Below are positions 53,859-63,984 of a DNA stretch of 64,000 bases, one piece after another. The notes under the pieces were generated by a model that did not search any database, was not told the DNA's origin, and saw nothing but the letters and a program-made list of their open reading frames with translations. Each line of letters opens with the position of its first letter. The stretch's first letter is position 1. This DNA is from Gemmatimonadota bacterium (GTDB lineage: Bacteria > Gemmatimonadota > Gemmatimonadetes > Gemmatimonadales > Gemmatimonadaceae). The DNA is taken from positions 23,401 to 87,400 of the forward strand of contig JAZJZK010000002.1 in assembly GCA_040389905.1 (NCBI GenBank), in the 5' to 3' direction. The translations under genes and the position numbers were made by a program.

Positions 53859-55220
53859 ATGTACCGACGACTTGCAGTCTTCGCGCTTCTGATCTCCAGC
53901 CCCGCCGTAGCGCAGGACCTCACCGCGCGCCTCGACTCCGTCATGAAGGCGTCCGAGAAAGCCGGATTCAGCGGCGTTGTGCGCGTCGAACGGAAGGGCA
54001 CCGTGCTTCTGAACAAAGGCTACGGCTTCGCCAATCGAGCCCAGAAGATTCCGTTCACACCCGAAACCGTCGTACAGATCGGCTCCAACACCAAAGACTT
54101 TACCGCCATCGCGATTCTCCAGCTCCAACAGGCAGGCCGACTCGCGCTGACGGATTCGATCGTCAAGTACTTCTCCAACGCGCCGGCCGACAAGCGTGCC
54201 ATCACGATTCGGCAACTCATGAATCACCGCGCCGGCTTTCCACTCGGTATCGGACCCGACTTCGCGCCCATCGGCCGCAAGGCATTCGTGGACAGCGCCA
54301 TGCGAACGGAGCTGAACTTCAAGCCCGGCACCAAGGAGGGCTACTCGAACACCGGATTCAGCCTTCTCGCCGCGATCATCGAGCAAGTGACCGGCAAGTC
54401 GTATGACGAATATGTGCGAGACGCGATCCTCACTCCTGCGGGGCTCAAGCGCACGGGCTTCCACCTTCCAGGTTTCAAGGCCACGGAACTGGCGCACGGT
54501 TATACCGCGTCCGGCGATGACCACGGAACCATGCTCGCCAAACCACATGCCGCAGACGGGCCGTGGTGGAACCTTCGCGGCAACGGTGGCATGCTCTCGA
54601 CCGTCGGCGACATGCACACGTTCTACAAGACATTGTTCGAGACGAATACGCTCATGACGGCAGCGACGCGGGCGCTGCGCTTCGATCCAAATGAGCCGAT
54701 CGGTCTCGCCGGCTCCGACGGCGTGAACTTCTTTCTCTACGATCGCTTCCCCGGAATGGGCATGGAGATCATCATCGCATCGACGAACGGCGCGGTAAAA
54801 TCGCCTGCAGTCCGTCGTGCACTCGGGGCCGTGCTCGGTATGCCAAACCCCGATGATGGAGCCGAGGATGCCGTCGCGAGCCGGCCGGGAGGCAAGCCGC
54901 CGGCCGCAGCGATCGCAACCGTGCTCACCGAGCTCATTGCGACCATCAACACCGGTGACGCAACAAAACTGCGCGCATTCATTGCCGCGCATTTCGCGTC
55001 GGATGCCGGAAGCCCAACGCTCGCGGAACGCGTTGAGCGATTCGGGAAGATGCACGAGAGCCTCGGCGCGCTTGCGATCGAGAAGGTCGAGACCTTCGAC
55101 AAGGGGCCAATCGAGATGCGCGTCACGACCGGGGATGGTCCGAGGGCCACGTTCCTGGTCGACATGGAAAGCGCCGCCCCGTACAGGATTCGCGGCATCC
55201 AGGTTCGGCTCGGGGGCTGA
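53859..55220 (+). CDS. Secreted serine hydrolase (beta-lactamase/AmpC-like family) with C-terminal extension
   Basis: IGSNTK (SxxK), YSN, LMNHRAG. Confidence 0.88.
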   Translation: MYRRLAVFALLISSPAVAQDLTARLDSVMKASEKAGFSGVVRVERKGTVLLNKGYGFANRAQKIPFTPETVVQIGSNTKDFTAIAILQLQQAGRLALTDSIVKYFSNAPADKRAITIRQLMNHRAGFPLGIGPDFAPIGRKAFVDSAMRTELNFKPGTKEGYSNTGFSLLAAIIEQVTGKSYDEYVRDAILTPAGLKRTGFHLPGFKATELAHGYTASGDDHGTMLAKPHAADGPWWNLRGNGGMLSTVGDMHTFYKTLFETNTLMTAATRALRFDPNEPIGLAGSDGVNFFLYDRFPGMGMEIIIASTNGAVKSPAVRRALGAVLGMPNPDDGAEDAVASRPGGKPPAAAIATVLTELIATINTGDATKLRAFIAAHFASDAGSPTLAERVERFGKMHESLGALAIEKVETFDKGPIEMRVTTGDGPRATFLVDMESAAPYRIRGIQVRLGG

Positions 55221-55270
55221 CCTTCTGCCGGGAGGATGCACCGCGGCGAAATTCCGGCTAATCTTCGCGA

Positions 55271-56293
55271 ATGCCAAACGCGAGGAAGGTCCAGCTCGTC
55301 GCCGCACTGCTGTTTCTTGCAGCATGCCGGTCGGGAGGCGCGTCGGTCGCGCCGTCGCCGCAGGGCGCGGCGGTCCCTCCGTCACAGCCTCCCGCCAACT
55401 GGGTCGGCTTGCTTGGCGAATACGGTCCGGACTCGGCCGTCCAGATTGTCCTCGAGCGTGATGGCCAGCTCATCATGCACTCAGCCAAGGGTACCGAACT
55501 GACGCTGAAGGCCGCTGGGAACGACGCGTTCGACGGCGGCGGCAGTGTGGTACGATTCGTTCGCGCATCCTCGGGCCGAGCCGCGCGCGTTTCCATTGGC
55601 GGCGTTGCACTCGAACGTCGGCCGCTCGGACCTGAGTCGGGAAACCAACTCGTTGTTACGCCCGTCCGTCCAATCGACGAGCTGCGACGAGAGGCGATGG
55701 CCGCGACGCCACCAGTGGAGACGGGGCCATTCAAGGCGGTCGAGTTGGTGGAGCTGACGAAGCTGGACCCGACCATCCGCCTGGAGATCCGGTACGCCAC
55801 GAGCAACAACCTCTTCGGCACTCCGTTCTACACCGAGGGGCGCGCGTTCATGCAACGTCCGGCGGCGGAGGCGCTCGTGCGCGTCAACGGTGCGTTACGC
55901 AAACAGGGTTACGGCCTGCTCATTCACGATGGATACCGCCCGTGGTTCGTGACGAAGATGTTCTGGGAGGCGGCTCCTGTCGACAAGCGCATCTTCGTCG
56001 CCGATCCGGCACAAGGCTCGAAGCACAACCGCGGAGAGGCGGTTGACCTGACGCTGTTCGACCTCGCGACGGGCGCTCCCGTCGAGATGCCTGGCACGTA
56101 CGACGAGACAACGGTCCGATCCTATTCCGACTATCCAGGCGGAACTACCCGACAGCGATGGTTTCGCGCGCTCCTCCGGCGAGCCATGGAAGCCGAGCGC
56201 TTCGCCGTCGTGAAAACGGAATGGTGGCACTTCGACTACGCCGATTGGCAGCAATACCCAATCAACAACATCGCGTTCGACCGGATTCGCTGA
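55271..56293 (+). CDS. D-alanyl-D-alanine dipeptidase (M15D) lipoprotein
   Basis: Lipobox LAAC; DGYRPW, SKHNRG.AVD, EWWHF. Confidence 0.9.
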   Translation: MPNARKVQLVAALLFLAACRSGGASVAPSPQGAAVPPSQPPANWVGLLGEYGPDSAVQIVLERDGQLIMHSAKGTELTLKAAGNDAFDGGGSVVRFVRASSGRAARVSIGGVALERRPLGPESGNQLVVTPVRPIDELRREAMAATPPVETGPFKAVELVELTKLDPTIRLEIRYATSNNLFGTPFYTEGRAFMQRPAAEALVRVNGALRKQGYGLLIHDGYRPWFVTKMFWEAAPVDKRIFVADPAQGSKHNRGEAVDLTLFDLATGAPVEMPGTYDETTVRSYSDYPGGTTRQRWFRALLRRAMEAERFAVVKTEWWHFDYADWQQYPINNIAFDRIR

Positions 56294-56710
56294 CTACGCT
56301 GAGCTCAGGGGCGAGCACTTTCCATTGCTCGGGAGCGCGCGGATCTCGAGGATCTTCGTGATCAGCATATATCTCGAGCCACCACCCATCATTCCCGCTT
56401 CCGTCCGCGGACCGACGGTTGCGCGGACGCGCATTTCGAGCCCGCCCGTCGGCCGCGCGGAGAGTGTCGCGAGAAGACTGTCCCGCTGCGTGAGCGCTTC
56501 ATCGGTGAGCGTCACCCACCACCGTGTTTCGCCCGCGGGCAACTGGCACGGGATGAACCAGCTCTGCTCGAAGCCGCGCTGATAGGCGCCGCGGTATTCG
56601 CGGATGGTTGTGTCGGGGGCCTGGGTCGTTGACTGGGCGTTTGCGACGCGCGATCGTAGGCCCAGTGCGATGCCGACGAGCAGTGCGCCAGCAAGAGAAT
56701 TCCTTGTCAT
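56294..56710 (-). CDS. Secreted hypothetical protein
   Basis: Signal peptide ending ANA-Q; GFEQS.F.PC motif. Confidence 0.65.
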   Translation of the reverse strand: MTRNSLAGALLVGIALGLRSRVANAQSTTQAPDTTIREYRGAYQRGFEQSWFIPCQLPAGETRWWVTLTDEALTQRDSLLATLSARPTGGLEMRVRATVGPRTEAGMMGGGSRYMLITKILEIRALPSNGKCSPLSSA

Positions 56711-56812
56711 GCTCCCGATACACCATCCGAGCGGGCGGGGTCCGCTCTAGGGATCAGCTACAGCCCGGTTCGAGAAGAACGGGGGTTCAAGGACAGAGTC
56801 TTCGGAATTTGA

Positions 56813-56992
56813 ACCGCAGAGGACGCGGAGGAGCAGAGGAACGCAGAGGAAAAGGGAGGTGCAGGCCCTTCGCTGCGCTCAGGGCGACAAAACGAGCACG
56901 TGTCACCCCGAGCGAGCGAAGCGAGTCGAAGGGTCTGCACCTGCTTTCCGCGTTTCCTCTGCGAACCTCTGCTCCTCTGCGTCCTCTGCGGT
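56813..56992. repeat. Complete nested palindrome: CAGAGG 9-bp arms enclosing a REP-like doublet
   Basis: Outer ACCGCAGAGGACGC / GCGTCCTCTGCGGT; inner AGGTGCAGGCCCTTCG / CGAAGGGTCTGCACCT (56857-56942). Confidence 0.9.
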
Positions 56993-57020
56993 AGAAATGA
57001 GCCTGAATGCCGAGCGCTGC

Positions 57021-59321
57021 CTAATACCGGAAGGCCTCCATTCCCACGCGCACCGTCCGCGGCATCCCATACGAAATCAAGGTGCTCGCCCCAGTACCGG
57101 AGAGATTGATCTGATACCGCACGTCGCCGGCATTCTCGATGGAGACGAAGGCGCGCAGGCCCGGCACGAGTTCGCGCCGCACGTTCGCATCGACTTGCGT
57201 ATACGCCTCCAGAGGAGCTCCACCGAGTGTCGTCGTCTGTCCCTCATGACGGTAGATCACAGTCCAATCGCCAGCGATCGGCGACGTGTACGTCAGGCGA
57301 ACGTTCTGCTTCGGTGATGGAACTCGATTGAAGTGCGCACCGACCACCGTGCCGGTCGGGCCGTCCACGACGCGATCGTCATCGTAATTCACACTGCCGC
57401 TGATGAACAGCGATTGGACCGGACGCACCGCGACATAGAGCTCCGCACCCTTGCTCTTGGCCTTGCTGACGTTGAGTCGCTGACGAGTCGCCGGTGGGCC
57501 GGCAGATATCTGTACCGGTACGTTGAAGTCGTTGTAATCCGCAACGTAGTACGTGCCCTTCATCTGGAACGCATCGATCGGCTGGAAGTTGAAGCCCACT
57601 TCCCGCCCGAATGCCGACTCCGGCTTGAGGTCGGGGTTGGGGAGTGTGATCTGCGTCGGGCTGATCGACTTGCGGTACAGCTCCGCCAGATTCGGCGCGC
57701 GGAATGCCTTGTAGACCGCACCATGCAGCGCGAACGATTTCAGGAACTGATATCGCGCGCCGGCGCGCGGGGAAAACCCGGACTTGCTCTTGTTCGGGTA
57801 GCACACAGCGCCAGCGGTGTTGTCGTTCGACGTGCCGTTATTGTTCTGCCAATTGTCAACGCGGCCGCTGAGTTCCACACGCAAGTTGGTGACGGGCGAC
57901 GCGACGGTCTGGATGAACACGCCACTCAGCGCCTGATCACCGCCGGAGATCACCCGCCGAGACACCGTCCCGCAGTTGGCGCCGGGGCACGTCGTGTTGA
58001 AATCCACCTCGTCATAGTTCCCGCTCATCTTTCGATAGTCTGCGCCGACTGCCACGGTTTCCAGCCCAAACAGATTTCCGCGCGTCCATTGCCCCGACGC
58101 GCCCCAATCATGGCTGGGAATGAGCACGGTCAGGCTCGAATCTTCTGCCACGCGGTTGGTGCGGATGGCGGATGCGCGCTGACGTTCGTCCTGCTCACCG
58201 TCCCATCCACGAATCGAGAGCACGCCGCCCGCAATGCGGTTGTGATCGAACCCCACATCGACGTGCTTCTGGCTGCGGTTTGCGAATGTGAGTGGTGTTC
58301 CGAGATTGCGTGAGTCGCCGAAGAGATGCCCAGTGGCGAAGGCAGACCAATCCGCCGATGGTCCGTAGTTCAGCCGCAGATACGAATTCCGTTGGATGAT
58401 CCCCGACGGACCGTCCACCGCGCCGCGCTTGAGTGAGTCGAGCAGTGTGTAGCCACCACCCTGCTGATAGTCACCGCTCACGTTCGCCGTCAACGCCCCG
58501 TAGATCGGCACGCCCGCCGAGAAAAACGCGTGACGTGTCTCTCGGCTGCCCCCTTCGATCGTGGCGTTGACCGCGCCAGGTGCGAGTGGTCGTGAATAGA
58601 ACGAGATGATGCCGCCCAGCCCACCGTTTCCGTACAGGCTCGACGTGCCGCCCTCGATCACTTCGACGCGGTCGACCATCCCCTTCGGCACGCGTCCCCA
58701 GTCGATCCATTCACCCCATGCGTCATTGACCGGGATGCCGTCGAACAGCACGCCAGTTCGACCTTCGTCTACACCGCGAATCGAGACGATCTGCGCCGTT
58801 CCACCGACGAGGCTGCTCGTCCGTGGCAGCTCGATGCCGGGAATCTCGCGCAGCATGTCCTGCGACTCGCGCGCAGGGCTCGTCTGGATCTGCTCGGTCG
58901 ACAACACGTTCACGGTCGAGGCGACGTCTTTCGCCTGCGTTGGCGTGCGGGTCGCAGAAACGATGACGCTGGAGAGCATGAGCGAACCGCGCACGAGCGA
59001 GACATCATGCGTGGTAGTCTGGCCGGCAGCGACGTCGACGGAGTCGCGGCGCGGTTCGCGGCCGAGCGCCGTGAAGACGACCTCGTACCTGCCTGCGGGC
59101 AAGTCGCGGAGCAGGTAGACGCCGCGCTCATCGCTGATGGCGGCACGTGCCGGCGTCGTAACCTGAACATGCGCCTTCGGAATCGGCGCATTCGCGTCCG
59201 CCATGCGAACCACGCCGCGGATGTCTCCACCCCGGCTCTGCGCCGCGAGCGGGACGGCAACCATTGTCAGCACGACGACAGCACGAAAAATGGCGCGAAG
59301 GGGCCGACGGAATTCTCGCAT
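57021..59321 (-). CDS. TonB-dependent receptor with N-terminal carboxypeptidase-regulatory-like domain
   Basis: VIVSATRT, LREIPG, SIRG, VEVIEG..SSLYG, FRAPNLAELY, NPDLKPE, C-terminal aromatic residue. Confidence 0.93.
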   Translation of the reverse strand: MREFRRPLRAIFRAVVVLTMVAVPLAAQSRGGDIRGVVRMADANAPIPKAHVQVTTPARAAISDERGVYLLRDLPAGRYEVVFTALGREPRRDSVDVAAGQTTTHDVSLVRGSLMLSSVIVSATRTPTQAKDVASTVNVLSTEQIQTSPARESQDMLREIPGIELPRTSSLVGGTAQIVSIRGVDEGRTGVLFDGIPVNDAWGEWIDWGRVPKGMVDRVEVIEGGTSSLYGNGGLGGIISFYSRPLAPGAVNATIEGGSRETRHAFFSAGVPIYGALTANVSGDYQQGGGYTLLDSLKRGAVDGPSGIIQRNSYLRLNYGPSADWSAFATGHLFGDSRNLGTPLTFANRSQKHVDVGFDHNRIAGGVLSIRGWDGEQDERQRASAIRTNRVAEDSSLTVLIPSHDWGASGQWTRGNLFGLETVAVGADYRKMSGNYDEVDFNTTCPGANCGTVSRRVISGGDQALSGVFIQTVASPVTNLRVELSGRVDNWQNNNGTSNDNTAGAVCYPNKSKSGFSPRAGARYQFLKSFALHGAVYKAFRAPNLAELYRKSISPTQITLPNPDLKPESAFGREVGFNFQPIDAFQMKGTYYVADYNDFNVPVQISAGPPATRQRLNVSKAKSKGAELYVAVRPVQSLFISGSVNYDDDRVVDGPTGTVVGAHFNRVPSPKQNVRLTYTSPIAGDWTVIYRHEGQTTTLGGAPLEAYTQVDANVRRELVPGLRAFVSIENAGDVRYQINLSGTGASTLISYGMPRTVRVGMEAFRY

Positions 59322-59441
59322 CTGCTATTCTAGGTTTGAGTCCGGACGAAAGGTCGGGCGTGAAGTATTCATGAATACGTTATGAACAGCAATGCCGTTG
59401 AATTGGTTGCGCCGAGGCGTCCAGCAGGTGAGAATGCCTCT

Positions 59442-60161
59442 ATGTCGGCCTCCAATTCCGCTGCGCTCCTCGTACGAAATCTGTCGCGTTCCTATGGCAC
59501 GATCGCCGCGCTGCGCGACGTGAGCCTGCAGGTCCGCGAGGGGGAAATCCTCGGACTGATCGGCCCGAATGGTTCCGGAAAAACAACGCTCTTCGAATGC
59601 GTTGCCGGGGTGATTCCCGCGGATTCCGGCTCGGTCGCGCTCGGCGACGTCGATCTCGGGCAACCGCGCAGAAAGGCCGCGCTTTTCTATCTCCCTGATG
59701 GAATTCGGCCCTGGCCGGACCAGCGTGTTTCGTGGGTGCTCGCGCTCATTGGTGACCTGTACGGCGTCAGCGTTCCCGATCGGCTAGCGATCATCTCGGC
59801 GCTGGGGCTCGGTGCCCACCTGGGTGCACGGATGCGTTCGCTATCAAAGGGCGAGCACAAGCGCGTCATGCTCGCGACCGCCCTCCTGGCGACCCAACAG
59901 ATGCTGCTGCTCGACGAGCCGTTCGAAGGACTCGACTTGCGGCAGACGCGTGAAATGATGGACGTGCTCCGCGCGCAGCGCGAAAGGGGAAAGACGCTTT
60001 TTCTCTCGATTCATCAGTTGCTGGACGCGGAACGCGTGTGCGACAGATTCGTGCTCTTGAGCGCAGGGCGCACCGTCGGCGAGGGAACCCTGCACGACCT
60101 GCGCGGCGCGGTGGGTCGCCCTACGGCAACGCTCGAGGAGGTCTTCCTTGCCCTCACGTGA
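59442..60161 (+). CDS. ABC transporter ATP-binding protein
   Basis: GPNGSGKTT, LSKG, LLDEP, TLEEVFLALT. Alternative start 59382. Confidence 0.9.
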   Translation: MSASNSAALLVRNLSRSYGTIAALRDVSLQVREGEILGLIGPNGSGKTTLFECVAGVIPADSGSVALGDVDLGQPRRKAALFYLPDGIRPWPDQRVSWVLALIGDLYGVSVPDRLAIISALGLGAHLGARMRSLSKGEHKRVMLATALLATQQMLLLDEPFEGLDLRQTREMMDVLRAQRERGKTLFLSIHQLLDAERVCDRFVLLSAGRTVGEGTLHDLRGAVGRPTATLEEVFLALT

Positions 60162-61488
60162 GTGGTGGCTCCTTCTGCGAAAGGAACTGCAGGAACTGGC
60201 GAATTCCCGCTCATGGTGGCTGCTGCTCGTGTTGGTTGGGTTGCTCGTTGGCCACGCATTCATTGACGCCACGAGCAGCTATGCCGAAGCGAGTGGGGCA
60301 GGCGGTGGACCTGCCGCGCTGTCACAGGGCCTCAATCCATTGAGCGGGATCGTGGTGCCGGTATTTGGTGCATATGACCTCGCGGGAATGCTGCTCTTTC
60401 CATTTGTCGTGATCCGCTCGATTGCCGCGGAGCGTGACTCTGGTGCTCTGGTGCTGCTCCTGCAGGCACCGGTCCGTGTGCACAATTTGATTGTCGCGAA
60501 AGGCGTCGCGCTGCTGATGGGATGGATCGCGGCGGGCCTTCCTGGTTTGCTCGCGCTGCTGTGGTGGCGAGCCATGCATGGACACCTGCATGCACCCGAA
60601 GTGGCGACGGTGCTGTTGGGCCACCTGCTTCGCGGTGCGTTGACGATCGGTATCGGAGCGGCCGCGGGAGCGCTCGCGGCCAGCGCCGCCAGCGCCGCCA
60701 TTCTCGCGCTCGCCTTCACACTCGGTACGTGGGCATTGGACTATGCGGCCGCGGCGCGCGGCGGTTGGTTTCAACTGATCGCGGCGTACACGCCGTCGGC
60801 GGCCCTGCGGACGTTCGAACAGGGGGAGCTTCGTGCCAGCACCGTCGCTGTGATGCTGGTGATGACCGGCGGTGGCCTCGCCGTCGCCGTTCAGTGGCTC
60901 CAAACGGGTCGTACGACAGCTCGTCGCGCAAAGGGGCTGGGCGCCGTTCTCGTTGTCGTTGTGGCAGCGGCGCTCGCGAGTTCGCGCTTTCGCTCGAGTA
61001 CAGATGTGAGCGAAGACCGGCGCAATTCGTTCTCTGGCGCCGATGAACTGGCGTTGCGTCGCATCGACTCACCTCTCTCGATCGAAGTCCATCTTTCGCC
61101 TGAAGATCCTCGCCGATCAGATCTCGAGCGCGGGGTATTTGCGAAACTTCGCCGAACGATGCGAGATGTTCGGATCACGTACGTGGCTCGTGGTCGAAGT
61201 GGGCTGTTCGAGCGGGATGCGGATCACTATGGTGAGGTCTGGTATCAGATCGCCGGTCGGCGCGCGATGACGCGTTCCGCTACAGAGGAAATCGTCCTGG
61301 AAACGATCTATGATGTCGCAGCGCTCACGCCACCGGTTTCTGCAGCGGCCGAGCCGTATCCAGGGTACCCGTTACGCGCCACCCCGGCGCATGCATCACT
61401 CGCTTTCTTCGCACTCTGGCCGCTGATCGTGGGACTCGCATGGTGGCAGTCGAGGCGCGCATTCATCACTCATCCATCGTTGCCATGA
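60148..61488 (+). CDS. ABC-2 permease fused to a GldG-like soluble domain
   Basis: KELQEL, AAERDSG, six TMs, D.SEDRRNSFS then soluble domain and terminal TM. Confidence 0.8.
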   Translation: MPSREWWLLLRKELQELANSRSWWLLLVLVGLLVGHAFIDATSSYAEASGAGGGPAALSQGLNPLSGIVVPVFGAYDLAGMLLFPFVVIRSIAAERDSGALVLLLQAPVRVHNLIVAKGVALLMGWIAAGLPGLLALLWWRAMHGHLHAPEVATVLLGHLLRGALTIGIGAAAGALAASAASAAILALAFTLGTWALDYAAAARGGWFQLIAAYTPSAALRTFEQGELRASTVAVMLVMTGGGLAVAVQWLQTGRTTARRAKGLGAVLVVVVAAALASSRFRSSTDVSEDRRNSFSGADELALRRIDSPLSIEVHLSPEDPRRSDLERGVFAKLRRTMRDVRITYVARGRSGLFERDADHYGEVWYQIAGRRAMTRSATEEIVLETIYDVAALTPPVSAAAEPYPGYPLRATPAHASLAFFALWPLIVGLAWWQSRRAFITHPSLP

Positions 61489-62201
61489 AACGTTCGTCCG
61501 CTCTGGCGGTCGTGTTGATCGCCTCGCTTGCAACTCCGTCCGCGGCCCAACGCGCGCGTACGATCGGCGTCGAGAAGGACAAGCCCGGCCACGAGCCGAC
61601 CAATTTCCTGCCGATGGTCGGAAGCTGGGTCGTCGCGAGGGAGGGTGCGAAGAACGTGCTTTTCATCGATGGACGCGTCTGGAAGCGCGGGCAGCCGGCC
61701 GGAGGGCTCGCCGACAAGGCACGCGCGCTCTACGGCGCGCGAAACGAGGACTTCATCGAGAGCATCAAGGCATTCGCGTATTTCCCGATCGCGGTCGCGA
61801 AAGGCATCGACGACTTTCAGAATGGCGAAATCTCGGTGCGTTTCCAGATGGTTGGCGGAACGCTCGATCGCTGCGCAGGCATTCTCTTCAATGTGAAGCC
61901 CAACGGCGACTATCTGACGGTGCGCTTCAACGGCACGGAAGACAACGTCGTGCTGTGGACGTTCAACAAGGGCGTTCGAAAGTTCGTCAAGCGTGCTCCG
62001 GAGCTGGCGCCGCTTGAACTCGGGACGTGGCACACGTTGAAAATCGCCGTGTTGGGAACGCAGCTTCGCGGGTATCTCGACGGCAAGTTGATGCTCGAGT
62101 ACACGCTCACCGAGCCTGTATCCGGCAAGGTCGGCGTCTGGGCGAAAACCGACAGCATGACGGAGTTCGACGACTTCACCGTAACGCCGAGCGTACCATG
62201 A
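61485..62201 (+). CDS. Secreted LamG/DUF1080-like beta-sandwich protein
   Basis: Signal peptide; AGILF, WHTLKI, GKVGVW, FDDF. Confidence 0.7.
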   Translation: MKRSSALAVVLIASLATPSAAQRARTIGVEKDKPGHEPTNFLPMVGSWVVAREGAKNVLFIDGRVWKRGQPAGGLADKARALYGARNEDFIESIKAFAYFPIAVAKGIDDFQNGEISVRFQMVGGTLDRCAGILFNVKPNGDYLTVRFNGTEDNVVLWTFNKGVRKFVKRAPELAPLELGTWHTLKIAVLGTQLRGYLDGKLMLEYTLTEPVSGKVGVWAKTDSMTEFDDFTVTPSVP

Positions 62202-62863
62202 GAATGGTGAGAGTGCTGGCGGTTGCGCTGGCGGTCGCGTGTATTCCCTTGCTCGCGTCCTCAGCCCAAAGGAAAGCAACGTCCGGCGGACGGATCATCT
62301 GCAAGCTCGACTCCTCGGCGCGTTGGTACGTCAAACAACGCGAGTGGCTCGACGATTCGCGTCATGCATGGAGTGACGACACGTTGCGGCTGAAGCTTCT
62401 GCGCGCCGCTGGTCTCGAACAGGTGCGCGAGCTTCCGGTGCAGCAGGGCTGGATGCAACCAAACGATGAGCGAATCGCTGGCGACAGCGCGATGATTGCC
62501 CAGCTACGTTCCACGGCGGCAACGCGCGGAACAACCTGGCCGACGAAGAGCGTCGTCGGCGCGGCCGGCGTTCGCGCGGTATGGCTCTTGTCGCTCAAAG
62601 ACACTGCGCTCGCTCGTGCGACGCTCAAGCGGACGATGGAGGCAGGCCCCGAAGAATCGAATTCAGCGGATGTCGCGATGCTGGAGGACGGCGTTCGACT
62701 GACGTCCGGCCGGAAGCAGATCTATGGGACGCGCATGACGCGGCAGAATGGCACGCTTGTGCTCGCGCCCATGGAAGATTCGGCCCACGTCGATCTCCGT
62801 CGCGACGACGCGGGGCTGCCACCGTTCAAATACTCTGCCTGCCTCGCGCTGAAGGGACCCTGA
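62198..62863 (+). CDS. Secreted DUF6624-like protein
   Basis: WPTKSVVG, AMLED, GRKQIYGT, VD.RR..AGLPP. Confidence 0.72.
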   Translation: MRMVRVLAVALAVACIPLLASSAQRKATSGGRIICKLDSSARWYVKQREWLDDSRHAWSDDTLRLKLLRAAGLEQVRELPVQQGWMQPNDERIAGDSAMIAQLRSTAATRGTTWPTKSVVGAAGVRAVWLLSLKDTALARATLKRTMEAGPEESNSADVAMLEDGVRLTSGRKQIYGTRMTRQNGTLVLAPMEDSAHVDLRRDDAGLPPFKYSACLALKGP

Positions 62864-63943
62864 TCAGGGACGCCACGCAGGTGCGGGGCCGGCACTCGAG
62901 GAACCGAGGTACAGCTCAGCAATACGCTGAGCTGTATCCCACGGCGCTCCGCCGCTTCGGTTCGAGAGGATGACGACGGTGAGCCGGCGTTCCGGATACC
63001 GGATGATGCCATTGGTGAACCCACGGCTCTCTCCGTGATGGCGCACGCGGAGCGTACCGTGATCGCGATCGACGAACCAGCCGAAACCGTATTCTGTTTT
63101 TTGTCCACTCGCCAACGTGCCCGGCGTCCATGCGAGTTGCTGTTCCTTCGCGCTCACGAGCGTGTGTTTTTCCAAGGCACGATCCCACTGCGCCAGATCG
63201 ATCGCGGATGAGTAGATGCCACCGTCGCCGAGTGTCGCACTCGTGTTGCTCTGATCGGTGCGACGAACGCCGGTGGCGTTGACACGATAGCCGTAGGCGC
63301 GGTGTGGAACGACCGAACGACCCTCTTCGAGCGCGACGGTAGCTGTCATCTTCAACGGCACGAAGATGTGGTCGTGGAGAAAGTCGGCGAAGCGCTGTCC
63401 ACTCACGCGCTCGACGGCCAGGGCAAGGAGCACGTATCCGGTGTTGCTGTAGTCGTAGCGTGTCCCAGCGGCGAATTTCGCGGTGTCAGAGTGGGCAATC
63501 AGCGACGGTATCTCGCTGTCGTGCACCTGAACAGTCTGGGTGTCGGGGACGAAGTTCTCGTAGGCGGGAAGGCCGCCGGTGTGATTGAGCAACTGTCGGA
63601 TGGTCACGTTTCGCGCGTACGCCGGCAGCCCTGGAACGAGCGGGCCAATCGGGTCATCGTAGCGAAGCTTCTTCTTCGCCGCGAGCAGCATGATCGACGT
63701 TGCGGTGAATTGCTTCGTGAGCGACGCGAGCCGAAAGTTCGATTCGGCGGTGACAGGCGTGTTCGACTCGACGTCTGCGAGGCCGTAGCCTTTCGCAAAG
63801 AGTACACGCCCGTCGCGGACCACGAGGAGGCTCGCGCCAGGCCCATTCGGAACGGCGTAGCGGGCCATCAACGAGTCGATGACCGGCTCGAATTTCTGCG
63901 CGTGCGCGGACATTGACATCATGAGCGCTATTGCCGCGAACAC
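62864..63943 (-). CDS. Secreted serine hydrolase (beta-lactamase/AmpC-like family)
   Basis: ASLTKQF (SxxK), YSNTGY, HHG. The frame stays open to the window end, so the start is uncertain. Confidence 0.88.
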   Translation of the reverse strand: MFAAIALMMSMSAHAQKFEPVIDSLMARYAVPNGPGASLLVVRDGRVLFAKGYGLADVESNTPVTAESNFRLASLTKQFTATSIMLLAAKKKLRYDDPIGPLVPGLPAYARNVTIRQLLNHTGGLPAYENFVPDTQTVQVHDSEIPSLIAHSDTAKFAAGTRYDYSNTGYVLLALAVERVSGQRFADFLHDHIFVPLKMTATVALEEGRSVVPHRAYGYRVNATGVRRTDQSNTSATLGDGGIYSSAIDLAQWDRALEKHTLVSAKEQQLAWTPGTLASGQKTEYGFGWFVDRDHGTLRVRHHGESRGFTNGIIRYPERRLTVVILSNRSGGAPWDTAQRIAELYLGSSSAGPAPAWRP

Positions 63944-63984
63944 CCACGCTCGTTTCGTCGAGAACGAGCAGACGCATTCCGCTT

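Noticed and set aside
55271..56293. vanX vancomycin-resistance gene
   Set aside because: No vanH, vanA or vanRS nearby, and it is a lipoprotein with an extra N-terminal domain.
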